Part shown: piece after piece, positions 24,901-38,589 of the stretch | How the letters are laid out: every line of letters begins with the position of its first letter | How positions within the stretch are numbered: position 1 is the stretch's first letter | Source of the DNA: Octopus bimaculoides | Taxonomy: Eukaryota | Reading direction: 5' to 3' | Assembly (NCBI RefSeq): GCF_001194135.2 | Contig: NC_069004.1 | Coordinates: forward strand, 27,955,520-28,019,519 | Length of the DNA: 64,000 bases | Position numbers and translations under genes: made by a program | Notes under the pieces: generated by a model | What the model was told of the DNA's origin: nothing | The model's input: only the letters and a program-made list of their open reading frames with translations | Databases searched by the model: none

Positions 24901-26382
24901 CCAGACTTTTTTTTTTTTTTTTTATATTTGCTGAGTTTGGAGACAGTTGCAGTAGCCTTGACCTTTGCAGATTTTCTGAGATTGATAAGACTGATATTCC
25001 TAATGTTCCGATTAAACTTGCTGGTCATCACCTTCAGGAAAGATGTGAGAAGCGGGGAAACTCCAGGGGATCGATGTTCAGCAGGAGGACGGATTGGAGA
25101 TGGTCGTTACTGAAGGGAAAGGTGTGTGGATGTTGGAATACGAGTACAATAGGTGGATCAGAAATACCTGAGTGGAGGAGAAATGTGAGATCAGTCAGGT
25201 CTGAGGAACAGAGGCCATTAGAGTGTGTGTGTGTGTGTGTGTGTTTACATGGTGTAGTGGTGTAGCTAGAAGATGTGTTACCCAAGTCAGCCCTTGGATA
25301 TGCTCAGGTCCATAACAGATTCAAAGGTGTCAAGCGTCCCCACCACCACCACCACCTTAAAATGCATCACCACCCCCACCTACTGTTATGCTACTGCTGA
25401 ATGTGTGTACATAATTTTTATACTATTTTTTTTTTGTTTATTTTTAACAAAATTTTTTTTTCTTTTCTTTTCTGTTACGTTCTGAATATTTCAATATCAA
25501 TAACATTGGAAATCATTTTGTAACCTACCCCACCCCACCACTACCACCACCACCAACAACAACAACAACAAGACAATAATGGGTGAAACAAAAACAAGTC
25601 AAAGCAAAATAAATAGGAAGGGAGAAGAGGTGTGTGGAAAGTTGAGATGGGGGTGGTGGGCGAGGAAGGAAAGGCAAAAACAAATGTAAAATATTAGTTA
25701 TACTCAAATGGAAATGGCAGTTTAATATTTGACATGCCATGTTCTTTGTAATGGCTTCTCTTCCAAGTCTAAACATGTACTTGGTAGGTCTCACTGTATC
25801 ATTCACATTGTACAACACACCAATTAAACTTACATATTTCCAGAGCATACCTGTTATTGTGGCTGTGTATATGCATGTACGTGTGTGTTATGTGTGTTAC
25901 ATTTTTGTTGGTGGTTTTATGAATTTGTTATAGTTTGCAGCTTTTGTTTTGTGTTGTGTTTTTTGCATTGATTCTTTAATAGTTTTTAATATTTTTCCTT
26001 TGTTTTATTTTTTTCTTCCCCTTCTTCCATTCTACATTTGTGCTGTTAACTGGTTTTTATCAATTTATTGACATCGATAATATCACTTTACGATATGTGT
26101 ATGTGTGTGTGTGTGTGTATGTGTGTGTGCGTGTGAATAAGTCATTTTGAGAAAAACTTGAAGTGTGAATCAAAAGGAAATTTATAATAAAGTTGACTCT
26201 ACTTCTAATATGTTCTTGAGCCCTCTCCATCAGTAAACATTCTTGTCATTCTGAAACTAGCTTTAAAATAATGAAACCCCTTTTCAGGCATTTCTCTGTG
26301 TATATATGCACATATATAGTTATAAATATATATACATATATGAAATACGAGGTGGGTGTATATATATGTTTATGTGTGTTTA

Positions 26383-26433
<51 letters not shown>

Positions 26434-27214
26434 GTGTCTCGAAATGCCTGTGTTAGAATGGAGGCAGCTGATGAAGGAAAATATTCTCTATGTGGCCTGT
26501 GTGTTTTCTGTACTCTGGTTATTATTATTTTTTTGTCTACGTTTTGTTTGCAACGTCCTGTACCCAGATATGCACCTATATATACAGGTAGGTGTAGGTT
26601 TGCACATACTTGTACGTATATATGCATATACTCATTTATTATTTGTTTTATATATATATGTGTGTGTGTGTGTATCAGTGTGTATATATGTGTGCATGTA
26701 TGAGTGTGTGTATGTGTGCATACGTTTATACATACAAATGTTCACACTTGATCGAAATTTATAGACTTCATGTAAGTAAAATAAATACATTACTTTCTTT
26801 TTTTTCTTATTGAGTATGATATGTTATTGATTCATCTGCAATATGTTTTAACCTTATTTCTTTCTTAGCTTTAGACTAATAAAACTATTTTATTGGACTG
26901 CATTGAAAAGAAACTCTAGAAGCATTTTGTGAAACCTTTTAAATAGATAATAACTTATTTAATCAGGAGAAAAGCAATAGCAGTACCCTTGACCTTTGCT
27001 CTCTCCTCCCCACCCTAGACTAGCTATGTTGTTGCTTAGCACTTGGTCACACTTGATCGTAGATATTCCAAGTGACACCATCCTGTCAGTTTGGGGCAGA
27101 GTGTGGCATCTGTTGGACCTCAGATCTTTTCTAAATGTTCCTCACATTTAATGTATTTGTGGGACATTGAGCAGTTGATGGTTTTTAGATAATCTTTTGT
27201 ATAAAAATACACAA

Positions 27215-27590
27215 GCAGGTACAGGCGTCGCTGTTTGTTAAGAAGCTTGCTCACCAATCACATGGTTCTGAGTTCAGTCCCACCTTGGGACAAGTGTCTT
27301 CTACAACAGCCTTGGCCCTGCCAAAACCTTGTGAGTGGATTTGTATTTGGTAGACAGAAACTGAAAGAAGCCCGTTGTGTGTGTGTGTGTGTGTATACAT
27401 ACATATATGTGTGTGTGTGTATTTATGCGTGCATATCTTTGTCAGTATTTGTCCCCCCACCTTCACTTGACTGCCAGTGTTGGTTTGTTTATAGCTCCGT
27501 AACTTAGCAGTTTGGCAAAAGAAACCAATAGAAGTACCAGGCTTTAAAAAAAAGGTACTGGGGCTGATTTATTTGACTAAAAAGTTCTTC
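27215..27590 (+). mobile_element. SINE-A, near full length
   Basis: Head, (TG)n linker and body GTAACTTAGCAGTTTGGCAAAAG; the last part of the tail is missing. Confidence 0.85.
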
Positions 27591-27619
27591 ATTTTGGTGA
27601 ATAAATTAGTCATACTTCT

Positions 27620-27780
27620 ACAGTACACAAACTATTTTTAACATTTTTTTTTGTGCAATTCCTTATAAAATTTAATTATAAAAATATATGATTTTTTAAA
27701 CATTGAATGACTAAGAGGGTCTATTTGAGTAGAATAGGTATCAAAGGGGTCCATAGGTAAAATTTGGTTGGGAAACACTG
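27620..27780. mobile_element. hAT-type MITE right-end fragment
   Basis: AAAGGGGTCCATAGGTAAAATTTGGTTGGGAAACACTG resembles the right end of 55444-55701. Confidence 0.6.
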
Positions 27781-28462
27781 CTTAAGGATGTTGGGAAAAA
27801 CTTTGAATAAGCCAAATACTTGATGATAATTATCTTTGAAAAATGGGTGATTTGATTCAATTAAGTGACCTCTATCAAGTCTCTTTATAGTGAAGCATCT
27901 GCAGAGAAATGTCATGGAATTTATGATGTTATTCTAATATAGCAATATAAATTGAAATTACTTTGTAAGTTGGAATCATTTATTGGCTTCCAACACAATA
28001 ACCCCTTCAATGATTGTTTGAAAAGGAACCCAACTCAAGTTCTTATGTTGGAATAAGGAAAACTCATTCTGGTTGTTAACTTTACTACATTTCCTTCATT
28101 TACAATGAGATGTAACAATTTACACTTGGTTCCAAAGGATTTCAACAATATGTTTATATTCAGATGAGTAAGACAGTACCTTTTGTTTTGTATCTTGAGA
28201 GGGTCATTATGCCAATAACACATGTACTGGTTCTGTTTCACTTCCTTATATATTATTAGTCAATTGGTTAATTATTTAATCAATTAACTTATCAATTGTT
28301 TGATTAATAATTCAGTCAATCAATCAATTAGCTAGATTCATTGAAGTCCTTTTGTCGCCATTTGTGGCCCCATCATTAACATGCCCTCACTACTCTGTCT
28401 GCTTCAGGTCTGTCTGTCTGTCCGCCTCCTAGTTTATAGGTTGTATATTTATATAGATGTGA

Positions 28463-28798
28463 GTCGTCGTCGTCGTCGTCGTTTAACATCCGCTTTCCAT
28501 GCTAGCATGGGTTGGACGATTTGACTGAGGACTGGCGAAACCAGATGGCTACACCAGGCTCCAATCTGATTTGGCAGTGTTTCTACAGCTGGATGCCCTT
28601 CCTAACGCCAACCACTCAGAGAGTGAAGTGGGTGCTTTTACGTGTCACCCGCACGAAGGCCAGTCAGGCGGTACTGGCAACGGCCATGCTCATCTCGCTC
28701 GAGAAACCTCATGTGTCACCCGCACAAGAGCCAGTCCAGGGGCACCAGCAACGATCCCGCTCGAAAATCCCACAACAACCCCACACAAGAGCCAGTTC
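28463..28798 (-). mobile_element. SINE-B running into a gap; internal repeated CCCGCACAAGAGCCAGT modules
   Basis: (GTC)n tail variant, conserved core, then three related modules before the Ns. Confidence 0.88.
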
Positions 28799-30251
28799 NN
28801 NNNNNNNNNNNNNNNNNNNNNNNNNNNNNNNNNNNNNNNNNNNNNNNNNNNNNNNNNNNNNNNNNNNNNNNNNNNNNNNNNNNNNNNNNNNNNNNNNNNN
28901 NNNNNNNNNNNNNNNNNNNNNNNNNNNNNNNNNNNNNNNNNNNNNNNNNNNNNNNNNNNNNNNNNNNNNNNNNNNNNNNNNNNNNNNNNNNNNNNNNNNN
29001 NNNNNNNNNNNNNNNNNNNNNNNNNNNNNNNNNNNNNNNNNNNNNNNNNNNNNNNNNNNNNNNNNNNNNNNNNNNNNNNNNNNNNNNNNNNNNNNNNNNN
29101 NNNNNNNNNNNNNNNNNNNNNNNNNNNNNNNNNNNNNNNNNNNNNNNNNNNNNNNNNNNNNNNNNNNNNNNNNNNNNNNNNNNNNNNNNNNNNNNNNNNN
29201 NNNNNNNNNNNNNNNNNNNNNNNNNNNNNNNNNNNNNNNNNNNNNNNNNNNNNNNNNNNNNNNNNNNNNNNNNNNNNNNNNNNNNNNNNNNNNNNNNNNN
29301 NNNNNNNNNNNNNNNNNNNNNNNNNNNNNNNNNNNNNNNNNNNNNNNNNNNNNNNNNNNNNNNNNNNNNNNNNNNNNNNNNNNNNNNNNNNNNNNNNNNN
29401 NNNNNNNNNNNNNNNNNNNNNNNNNNNNNNNNNNNNNNNNNNNNTTTGGCTCACTCATAATTGTCGGACTAAATAGGAGAAGATAAGGAACTGGTTTCTG
29501 TTCAAGAATTAGCAACATTTTATAAACAATAGTATTGGTTTGCTATTTTGTAGTCAATATTTTGCTTGAGATGGCCAAAAGATCCCCTCTGGATATAGTT
29601 TTATGTAATAAAAAAAAAAAAAGAAAAAAAAAAGATATAACCAATGACTAAGAAAAGTGTTGAATAGTAGCTATAAAACACTATTTGTTTATTTTACTTG
29701 TATATAAAATAACTAGTTAAACATTAGATGTTTATTTTTCAAAAAAATAACTCCCTGAGGTTAGCTGCTTGGAGATGTCATCTGCAGAAAAAGACAATAG
29801 CTAAGTTAGTGTTAACATGTTTAATTCTTGCATTCTTTTATATTCTTTTACTCGTCTCTCTCATTGACTGTAACTGCCAAAGCCACCACCTTGAAAGGTG
29901 TAGGGGATCAAATAGATCCCAAGACTTACTTTTGAAGACTGGTACATATTTGTTCTTATTCTTATAGGTGCAGGCATTGGCTGTGTGGTAACAAGCTTGC
30001 TCCCGAATGATTTGGTTTCATGACACCTTGAGGAAGTGTCTTCTACTATAGACACAGACCAACCAAAGCGGGTGGATTTGGTAGATAGAAACCAAAAGAA
30101 GCTTGTTGTGTGTCTGTCTGTCTGTGTGTCAGCCCACATTTGAAGGTGTTGCTCCCTTGATCAAATTGGAGAACCACAGCTTACTGGCAAGTTTCATTTT
30201 GGTTTGGTTTCTTTGGCTGGATGCCCTTTATAAACCAACCATCTTGTAGAG

Positions 30252-30444
30252 CAGTGGTTCCCAAAGTAGGCAGTACTGCACCTCTGGGGGGTGGGGATGG
30301 AAAACTCCGAGGGGGTGCTAAAGAAAAGGGGGGCAATAATGGGGTAGTCAAAAGGAGGCAGTGGATTAATTAGGTTCAGGGGTCACTAGGAATGTGACAT
30401 AGGTGCAAAGGGGACAGCAGCTTGAAAAAGTTTGGGAACCACTA
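30252..30444. mobile_element. hAT (Charlie-like) MITE
   Basis: TIR CAGTGGTTCCCAAA / TTTGGGAACCACTA; 8-bp TSD TTGTAGAG / TTATAGAG (7/8). Confidence 0.88.
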
Positions 30445-32044
30445 TTATAGAGTATACTGAATGCTTTTCCTTCTGACTCCATCATTAGAGAAGTATCTTG
30501 TCCTTGGTAAGTCTAAAAGATCCTCTCAATGTTATACTTCAAAAAGCATACTGGATGCATTTTCTTTTCTTTTTTTTTTCTTTCTTTTTTTTTTTTTTGG
30601 TAGCACCAGAACTATAAGGGTAACCATGTCCACAGTACAACCAAAGAGAACTGGTTTTGCTTCTACTTTCTCACTAACTTCTCTACAGGGTGAGAAGCTT
30701 GAAAGATAAAGAGAGATAGGCATGAACAATAGTGACATCTCATAAGCGGGATGAGTGACTGGAGTACTCAATATTCTGAGACATGTGCATACAATCAAGG
30801 TAATGTGAGAAAGAAGATAGCTCAATGACAGAAAACAACATGACTCAGGAAATTGTGAAAACTGAGGAAGTACCCGGATGTGTAGATGATGCGGAAGTAC
30901 CCGGATGTATAGATGAAAATGAGTAAGAGCATAATGTCAGTTAGAGTGAACAGTGTGTTGACTGCGGGGAGAGGAGAATGAGAAGAATTTTCTAATTATT
31001 TCTAATTAGATTGTTGATACTAGATTAAATTTCTTAATATTAATTTAACTGAGTTTCCAAATATTTCATTTACCAAGGGCATTTAAGGTAATAAAATAAT
31101 TACTTTTAGGTCTCAAATTCCTATGACAGATTTTACTTTCCTGGAGCTTCCATTTTTTTTTTTTTGTTTTTTTTTTGGCTATAATTATAATGATTTATAA
31201 TATATGTGTAATTCCACACATTTCGAAAGAGATGAAGAGCACACACTTGTGTACTGAAGGTGCTACTGTACTGTCTTTGAATGCAGAAGTTGATGTTTCA
31301 TCAGGTGGTGAAGCAGTTCTGTAGGTGTTTCAGCCCCTTCCACTGTGACACCAGGCATGCCCAGTACCACCCACCTTTATAGGCAACAGTACAGCTCCAC
31401 ACAGCAACACAAGCTTTTTTGAGTCAGATGCTGTAACTTTAAGCAAGATGTTTCCATCATCCTCAATGCTTAATCCTGCTGCACCACTTGCCCTTTCTGT
31501 CTTAATCATATTTTATTTCCACTTATTTGTTTTATCAAGCTCCCCTCAAGAATGACAGGCAAATTCCAGTGTGATTTTCTACACCTTTATCATAAGAAAT
31601 TGTCACTGGAAGCGAAGACTTAATTAAACTATTTCTGTCAGAATTAAAAACCATCAAATGAATTCTGATCACTAAATATCATTATTACTGAGAGTAATCA
31701 GTGTTTTCACACATATTCATATAAATCTATGCATTCTAATTTCAAATTTTTGAGTCTGCAGTGTCTGACCTGAATAAGAAAATGTATTGCCTTCTGCAGA
31801 GTTTGATGCTATTTAAACAGTCCTCTTCCGTCTATAAACTTATCATTGATACTCCAGCTAATCAAGTGATTATACTATGAATATTTGGCATTGTAATACT
31901 GAAGTTATTACTTGCTATTACAGTTTGCAGCTCATTAATTTAATTACTCCCATCTGGACTAATTACTCCACATTCAAACTAATTACTCCCCCATTGATTA
32001 TCCTTACTATGATTTATCGTGTAATATTTAACTCCCACCTAAGT

Positions 32045-32630
32045 TGGATAGCTGGCAGAATTGCTAGAAGATTAAGAAAAATGCTTTGCAGCATTTGTTC
32101 TTGTTTGCTACATTCTGAGTTCAAATTCCACCAAGGTCAACTCTTTTAATCCTCTTCACGATGTCTTTGTTATTTAGCTGTAAAGACCAAGAGTTACCAG
32201 AATTCTTGGCTTTTGAGTCACTTATCTAGCTTTACAGATACATAATATATGTACGAAAAAAATTGAAATATATATATGAATGGAATTTAATTCTTAATTC
32301 TCGGCTTTCTTTGCCCATATATTAATATATTGACAGTAACTTAACAATAAGAGAATCAATTGCTTGGGATGTGGCTAATGTGAACAGCCTTCTTAATAGC
32401 CTTAGTGTTGTAGATGGAAGAAAGTGAACAGAAAAGTCAATGCTGGAAAAAATGCTTTGTGGCATTACCAAATCTTTACATTCTGAGTTCTAATCCCACC
32501 AAGGGTCAGCTTTACCTATTATCCTTTTGATGTCAGTAGAATAAGTACCAGTTGAGCGTTGGAGGTTGATGTAATCAACTTTCTCTTGCCCTCAGAATTG
32601 TTTGTCTTGTGCCAAAATAGAAAGAATTAT
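32045..32630 (+). mobile_element. Two decayed SINE-E copies (about 32045-32150 and 32420-32630)
   Basis: GCTGGCAGAATTG..AAAATGCTTTG..TTCTGAGTTCAAATTCCACCAAGG; AATAAGTACCAGTTGAGC. Another copy at about 33690-33880. Confidence 0.7.
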
Positions 32631-32675
32631 TAGCATTCTTGGAAATATCCAAAACACACACACACACACACACAT

Positions 32676-32721
<46 letters not shown>

Positions 32722-34608
32722 TGCATCATCTGTTTCTATTCTGGTCATTCAGTTATTTGAATTTTCTCGTTAGTAACTAAAACTGCTATTAATTACCAAC
32801 TGTCACATGTTGTCATTCTTTTTAATAATTACGGGTAGATTTATAAATTCCTCTTGCTTACACTTACCCCCACCATTTACATCCCGTCAGAACTACCTCA
32901 ATGCTACTCACTACAGAACTCGACATCTTGGAATGTCAGATGGAAACAAGACAAGTTGGAAATTATTATTTGCGAATTTTCAACCAGCTGGCTTTGTCTT
33001 CAAATTGAAATACTCTGCAGAAAATCCTTCAAATAATGAATGCCATCATTACCATAATCCAACGAGAACTTAGCCCTCTGGCTGGTTTTCTTCAATATCT
33101 TATGTGTATGAACTTCTTTTTTTTTTTTTTTTAATTCCACAGGCATCCATCATTCTTCTTTTGTATGTTTCTTCCTGTATTTTCTTTTACAGTCTCTCAC
33201 ATTCCATACCGTATTTTCATTTATTCAAATATTGTAAATAGATGTGCACTGGTTGAGCAGGTAAAGTACTTGTTCTGGAAAACTGTCAGGAATAGAAGTG
33301 GCAGTGGGACGAGAGAAAGGGAGAGGTGTGGGCATCCATGCCAAAAGCACTGCTTTCAATTTCTAAACAAGGTTTATTTTCAAATTAACTATTCTTAATT
33401 CCATGAGCTTCAAGTGAATAAAACCAGTTACATTCAGTAGTTTTTTGTTTTTTTTCCAGCAATGAAATGACCAAGTGAGTACAGAACTGGATGGTTGTGT
33501 GTTTGAGAAACTTATCTTTATCTTTGTAAACCATGTGGTTTCAAATTTGGTCCCATTGTCTGGCAGCCTCGACCAAGTGCCTTCTCCTACAGTGCTGTCA
33601 GTTGCCCAAAGCCTTGCACATGAAATTTGGTTGACAGAACTGCATAGAAAACTGTCATGTAGAGGTTTCATTTACGTATGTATTAGAGCAGTGGACTGGC
33701 AGAATTGTTAATGCATTGGACAAAATGTTCTGGTTTTCTTTTTCTCTTTCTGAGTTCAAATCATGTGAAAGTCAAAGCTGCCTTTCGGCCTTTTGGAATA
33801 GAAAAAAAAAAAAAAGTGCCAGTCAAATACTAGGATAAATTTAATCAATTGTACCCCTCCCAAATTACTAGTTTTGGGCCTATATATATATGTATGTATG
33901 TATATGTATGTATGTATGTATATACAGCACATGATCCCATGATCAACCAGACTGTCACATGTTATTATACATCACTAGTCAAGTGATGCACAGTGGGGTG
34001 GAACTCAAAACTATGTGGTTGTAAAGCAAGCATCTTAACCACTCAGCCATGCTTGTGACAAATTATTGTTTAACCCTAGGTTGGGCCTCACTGGACATGC
34101 CTACATGTGATAAAAGTCAGCCTAGCCATGACCATGCTTTTCTTTTTGCATGTGGTTCTGTATCTCTCTCTGTCTCCTTTCAAGATGATAGGGTGTAATT
34201 TATGCAAGATTTGCCAGCTATTTCTAGCAGATCAAGCAACTATTCCAATGCTGTCTCATTGGTTTATGGTTTTGTCAGCTCATATCATCAGGGCATTTAA
34301 TTCTATGTTGCTATTGTAGCAGACCTTTTGAGAATATTATTTGATAGACTGAGATCTTATGTCCTTCTAGCCTGAGTATCTCTACTGAGATTGAAGCCAA
34401 ACACCATTTTTGAGACCTTACTCATAGTGGAAACATTTTCTTATTTCCCTCCACTGTTGACTGAATAAGTTTTATACTAAAAAAACTTTTTTTTAAAATC
34501 AAAACTCATAAATACTTATTTGACCAACTGCTTAACAAAATATTCCTAAATTTTTCAAACTTACTCCGCCAACATATTGTGAGGAAATCAATGCAAAATT
34601 TATGATTG

Positions 34609-34659
<51 letters not shown>

Positions 34660-35666
34660 AACACCTACATGCATATATATACTTACATTCACATATAAAT
34701 ATATATATATATATATANNNNNNNNNNNNNNNNNNNNNNNNNNNNNNNNNNNNNNNNNNNNNNNNNNNNNNNNNNNNNNNNNNNNNNNNNNNNNNNNNNN
34801 NNNNNNNNNNNNNNNNNNNNNNNNNNNNNNNNNNNNNNNNNNNNNNNNNNNNNNNNNNNNNNNNNNNNNNNNNNNNNNNNNNNNNNNNNNNNNNNNNNNN
34901 NNNNNNNNNNNNNNNNNNNNNNNNNNNNNNNNNNNNNNNNNNNNNNNNNNNNNNNNNNNNNNNNNNNNNNNNNNNNNNNNNNNNNNNNNNNNNNNNNNNN
35001 NNNNNNNNAAGATTCAATTTTAATGATTTATAAATTTGTTCAATTATTTATTATTTTTTTCCTCTATATATTGCAAATCCAAAAGAACCATTTAATTGGA
35101 TCTCTATGGTATAAACAGCAAATAAATAATAATAATAATAATAATGATACCAGTAGTAGTAGTAGTAGTAAGAAATTGAGGAATGAATATGGCTAGGCTT
35201 GTATGGTATTTACAGTTCGGTACACATAACTTATATTAGTTATATCAGCAGACTTGCAGAAAATTATTCATTGGTTTTTGATATCATGATACTAGGTGCT
35301 ATCAGTTAGGACGACGACGGTAAAAAAAAAAGAAGAAAGAAAAAACAAGGAAGTGAAGAATATATATGAAATAAAAAATAAAAAAATAAGCACCAATATA
35401 TATTAAAAAAAAAATCACAACAGCGGTAGCAACCCAGCCCTCTTTTCTTAGATTAAAAATCTAGTTTACTGGTTCATTGATTTGTATGTGTCTGTACATT
35501 TGTGTGTATGTATATGTATGTCTCTGCGTGTGTTTGTATCTTTGTGTATATATGTGTGTGTGTATGTATATGCATGTGTGTGTCTTTGAGTGTGAGAGTC
35601 TGGTTCTTCCCTTCTTTCTATCTTGTGTAATTGCTAATTTTCTAGATGGTACATTTGAATAATCAA

Positions 35667-35670
<4 letters not shown>

Positions 35671-35757
<87 letters not shown>
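35671..35757. repeat. (TC)n microsatellite, about 43 units
   Basis: Perfect dinucleotide run. Confidence 0.98.
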
Positions 35758-35759
<2 letters not shown>

Positions 35760-37357
35760 TGCCTTAGTTATCATGTACTGCTAACAAACAATAAACTAAA
35801 ACGGTCTACCTAACAGTTTCTATTAGAGGCATTTTCTCAATAAATGTTGAAGGCACATGTTTTATTGTTGCACTTGTCAATTTGTCAATTTCCTTGCATA
35901 ACAAATTGCAAATCATTCGTTTAGCAGCATGTTTGTGGCATATCATACAGTATACGTATGCGTTTGCACATATGTGAGGGAGTGCGTATGTGTGTGTACA
36001 CACTCATAACGGCACACTGTGTCTGTGTGTTTTCTTTGAAAACTAATTGGTGGCAACATTACACAGTGACCCTGCCTTGCCGCTACCATTTGTTTTGGTA
36101 GTATGTCTGAGGCTAATCTGAAGTCTTTCAGTTTTTTTTACATTGATATTCTGACTCGCAGCATCCACATGCACCCATTTTAATGTATATATCACAGCAA
36201 GTAGTGCACAACAATATTACACTTGTGCTTGCATGATGATTTGTCTTGCAATCTTGCCAGCTCTGAATCAGTCTTTTGAACAGCTGCTATCCACAGCACA
36301 TCTTCCGATGTTCATATAGGCCATATCTGACGCTAGACATGGAATACACACACATACATACACACACATACATACACACACACATCTATCTCACTATATA
36401 TCGTTCCATTACCCATTTACACTCGATAAGAAACTAGACCTCCTAGACTGCACATAAACACATGTATATTTCTCTTCAATGAAAGTTTAAATCCCCTTTT
36501 GTGGTTGTTGACTAGGTTTTGAATCCCATACAGGCAGCATGTGGGATATTTATGTAATTCTTAACTGTGAATATCCTGTGGAAAAGTTTCTAAGTTAAAC
36601 GCTCAGTCTTGTTTGTTCAAATGTTTATTGTGTATTTACATGTGGTCGTATTCTTGTAAAAATTTGCAGTGTGGTAGAAAAGACTGTTTTTTTTTGTTTG
36701 TTTGCTTTTAATGCAAACAGTAATTGGTTCTATAACTAATGTTCTTTGTATATAGTTAAGTAATTATAAAATAACTCTAAAACACATACACTAAAATATG
36801 ATGAAAAAAAGATGTTGGTAACAAAATAAATACAATTAGCAAAAAACTTAGCTGTGCATGCATCACAACAAAAGTTTTTCTCTAACATTTTTGCATCTTA
36901 TGAAATTTATAGGTATGCTGTTACTATTATTGGGAATAATATACCTAGGTATATGCATGAATTTCAACACATACAAACATATTTAACTACTCCCTTTTGT
37001 TCCCCCATCCAAATTAATTTGTTAGGAAATCATAACCTATGAAAACCAAGTGCGAAAAGTTGAGAAAAAAAACAAAAACATCAACAGGTATTGCATCAAG
37101 TCCTTACGGTATTTTTGGACCAACTTGCATTTTGCAAAAAAAAGTTCAGTGTCTAACCATTCTTCAGAGAATATTTCATGCAAGTCATGAAGAAAATTCA
37201 GACAAATTGAAAGTCAGACATCAGATGGATGAAATAGATATGGTTTCCTTGTTCTAACTTATCCTTCATTCTCACAGAGTGGACCTTGTTTTAACAAGGC
37301 CCGCTCTGTGGTTTTGTTGTTTGTATCATAACCTATCATTATTACATGATTGTCTTT

Positions 37358-37697
37358 CATAGGATCGTGGTTTCGATTCCCAGACCGGGCATTGTGAGTG
37401 TTTATTGAGCGAAAACACCTAAAGCTCCACGAGGCTCCGGCAGGGGATGGTGTCGAACCCTGCTGTGCTCTTCCACCACAACCTTCTCTCACTCTTACTT
37501 CCTATTTCTGTTATGCCTGTAATTTAAAGGGTTAGCCTTGTCACACTGTGTCATGCTGAATATCCCCGAGAACTACGTTAAGGGTACACGTGTCTGTGGA
37601 GTGTTCAGCCACTTGCACATTAATTTCACGATCAGGCTGTTCCGTTGATCAGTTCAACTGGAACCCTCGACGTCGTAAGCGACGGAGTGCCAACAAT
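37358..37697 (+). mobile_element. SINE-C, 5' truncated
   Basis: High identity to 7517-7853 from CATAGGATCG to GAGTGCCAACAA. Confidence 0.92.
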
Positions 37698-38139
37698 CAC
37701 TATGGTTATCATTACCAGACTCTTATCTGCCGTTAATTCATTGATTAAATTACTGAATAAGTTGTCACTCGAATGAATAGTGGCCATTTCTGAAAGGAAG
37801 TTTCAATAAAATATCTGGAAAAAAAAAATCACAAATAATTCAACAACATATGGCTTGTCGTTAATAACACATGTTACAATATGTAAATAAATGAAGGAGG
37901 AAAGGATTAAAGTTGTCACTCTTGGAGAACTCATAATTTTGTTCAAAACAAATGTAAACGAAAGTGGCTCAGTTTGTGCAGTTACAGGTAGCATAGGTTT
38001 GAAAGATATGCAAATTCATGTCATTGCAATTGTCATGTCAAACCAGGTTGTTAAGAATTAATTTTGTTTGGATTGGCTGATTAACAGTAAAAAGAAAAAA
38101 GAAACAAAAATTTCAAGTATTACTCATGTTGGTCTTATA

Positions 38140-38345
38140 TTTTAGCACAAGGCCAGCAATTTCGGGAGGGGATGTAAGTTAATTACATCAACCCCAGTGT
38201 TCAACTGGTACTTATTTTATTGACCCTGAATGGATGAAAATCAAATTAGACCTTGATGGAATTTGAACTCACAACATTAAGATGGAAGAAATGTCACTAA
38301 TCACTTTTGCCCTGCATGCTAACAATTCTGCTGGTTCTCCACCTT
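38140..38345 (-). mobile_element. SINE-E, near full length
   Basis: GCACAAGGCCAGCAATTT..ACTGGTACTTATTTTATTGACCC..AATTTGAACTC..AACAATTCTGCTGG. Confidence 0.8.
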
Positions 38346-38589
38346 AAGCACCACTCATATTAATACGACCACATACCCAGTTAACATTAGTGGCACTAAG
38401 CTAGAACCCTCATAATCATTTGTAATGCTGGCCTTCACTATTGTTGAGGATCTGTCCAGGTTAAAGCTCATCCTTACCACAGCTTGGGCTGCATCCCCAA
38501 AACCGGTCTTTCTCACAATGCATTGAGATCTGTCCCATGATAATGGTACACACATATTTGTGTGTGTGTGTGTGTGTGTGTATGCATAG

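Noticed and set aside
27800-27905. Minus peptide containing DRGHL (non-specific endonuclease motif)
   Set aside because: The downstream residues do not follow that family's pattern; a five-residue match is expected by chance.
28524-28580. CTGAGGA-CTGGC-GAAAC within SINE-B as a hammerhead
   Set aside because: No stem II or stem I pairing, and GAAAC is not conserved in the other B copies (11240, 63740).
31935-31995. CRISPR-like repeat-spacer pattern
   Set aside because: Repeats are only 10 bp with 9-10 bp spacers, the context is eukaryotic and there are no cas genes.
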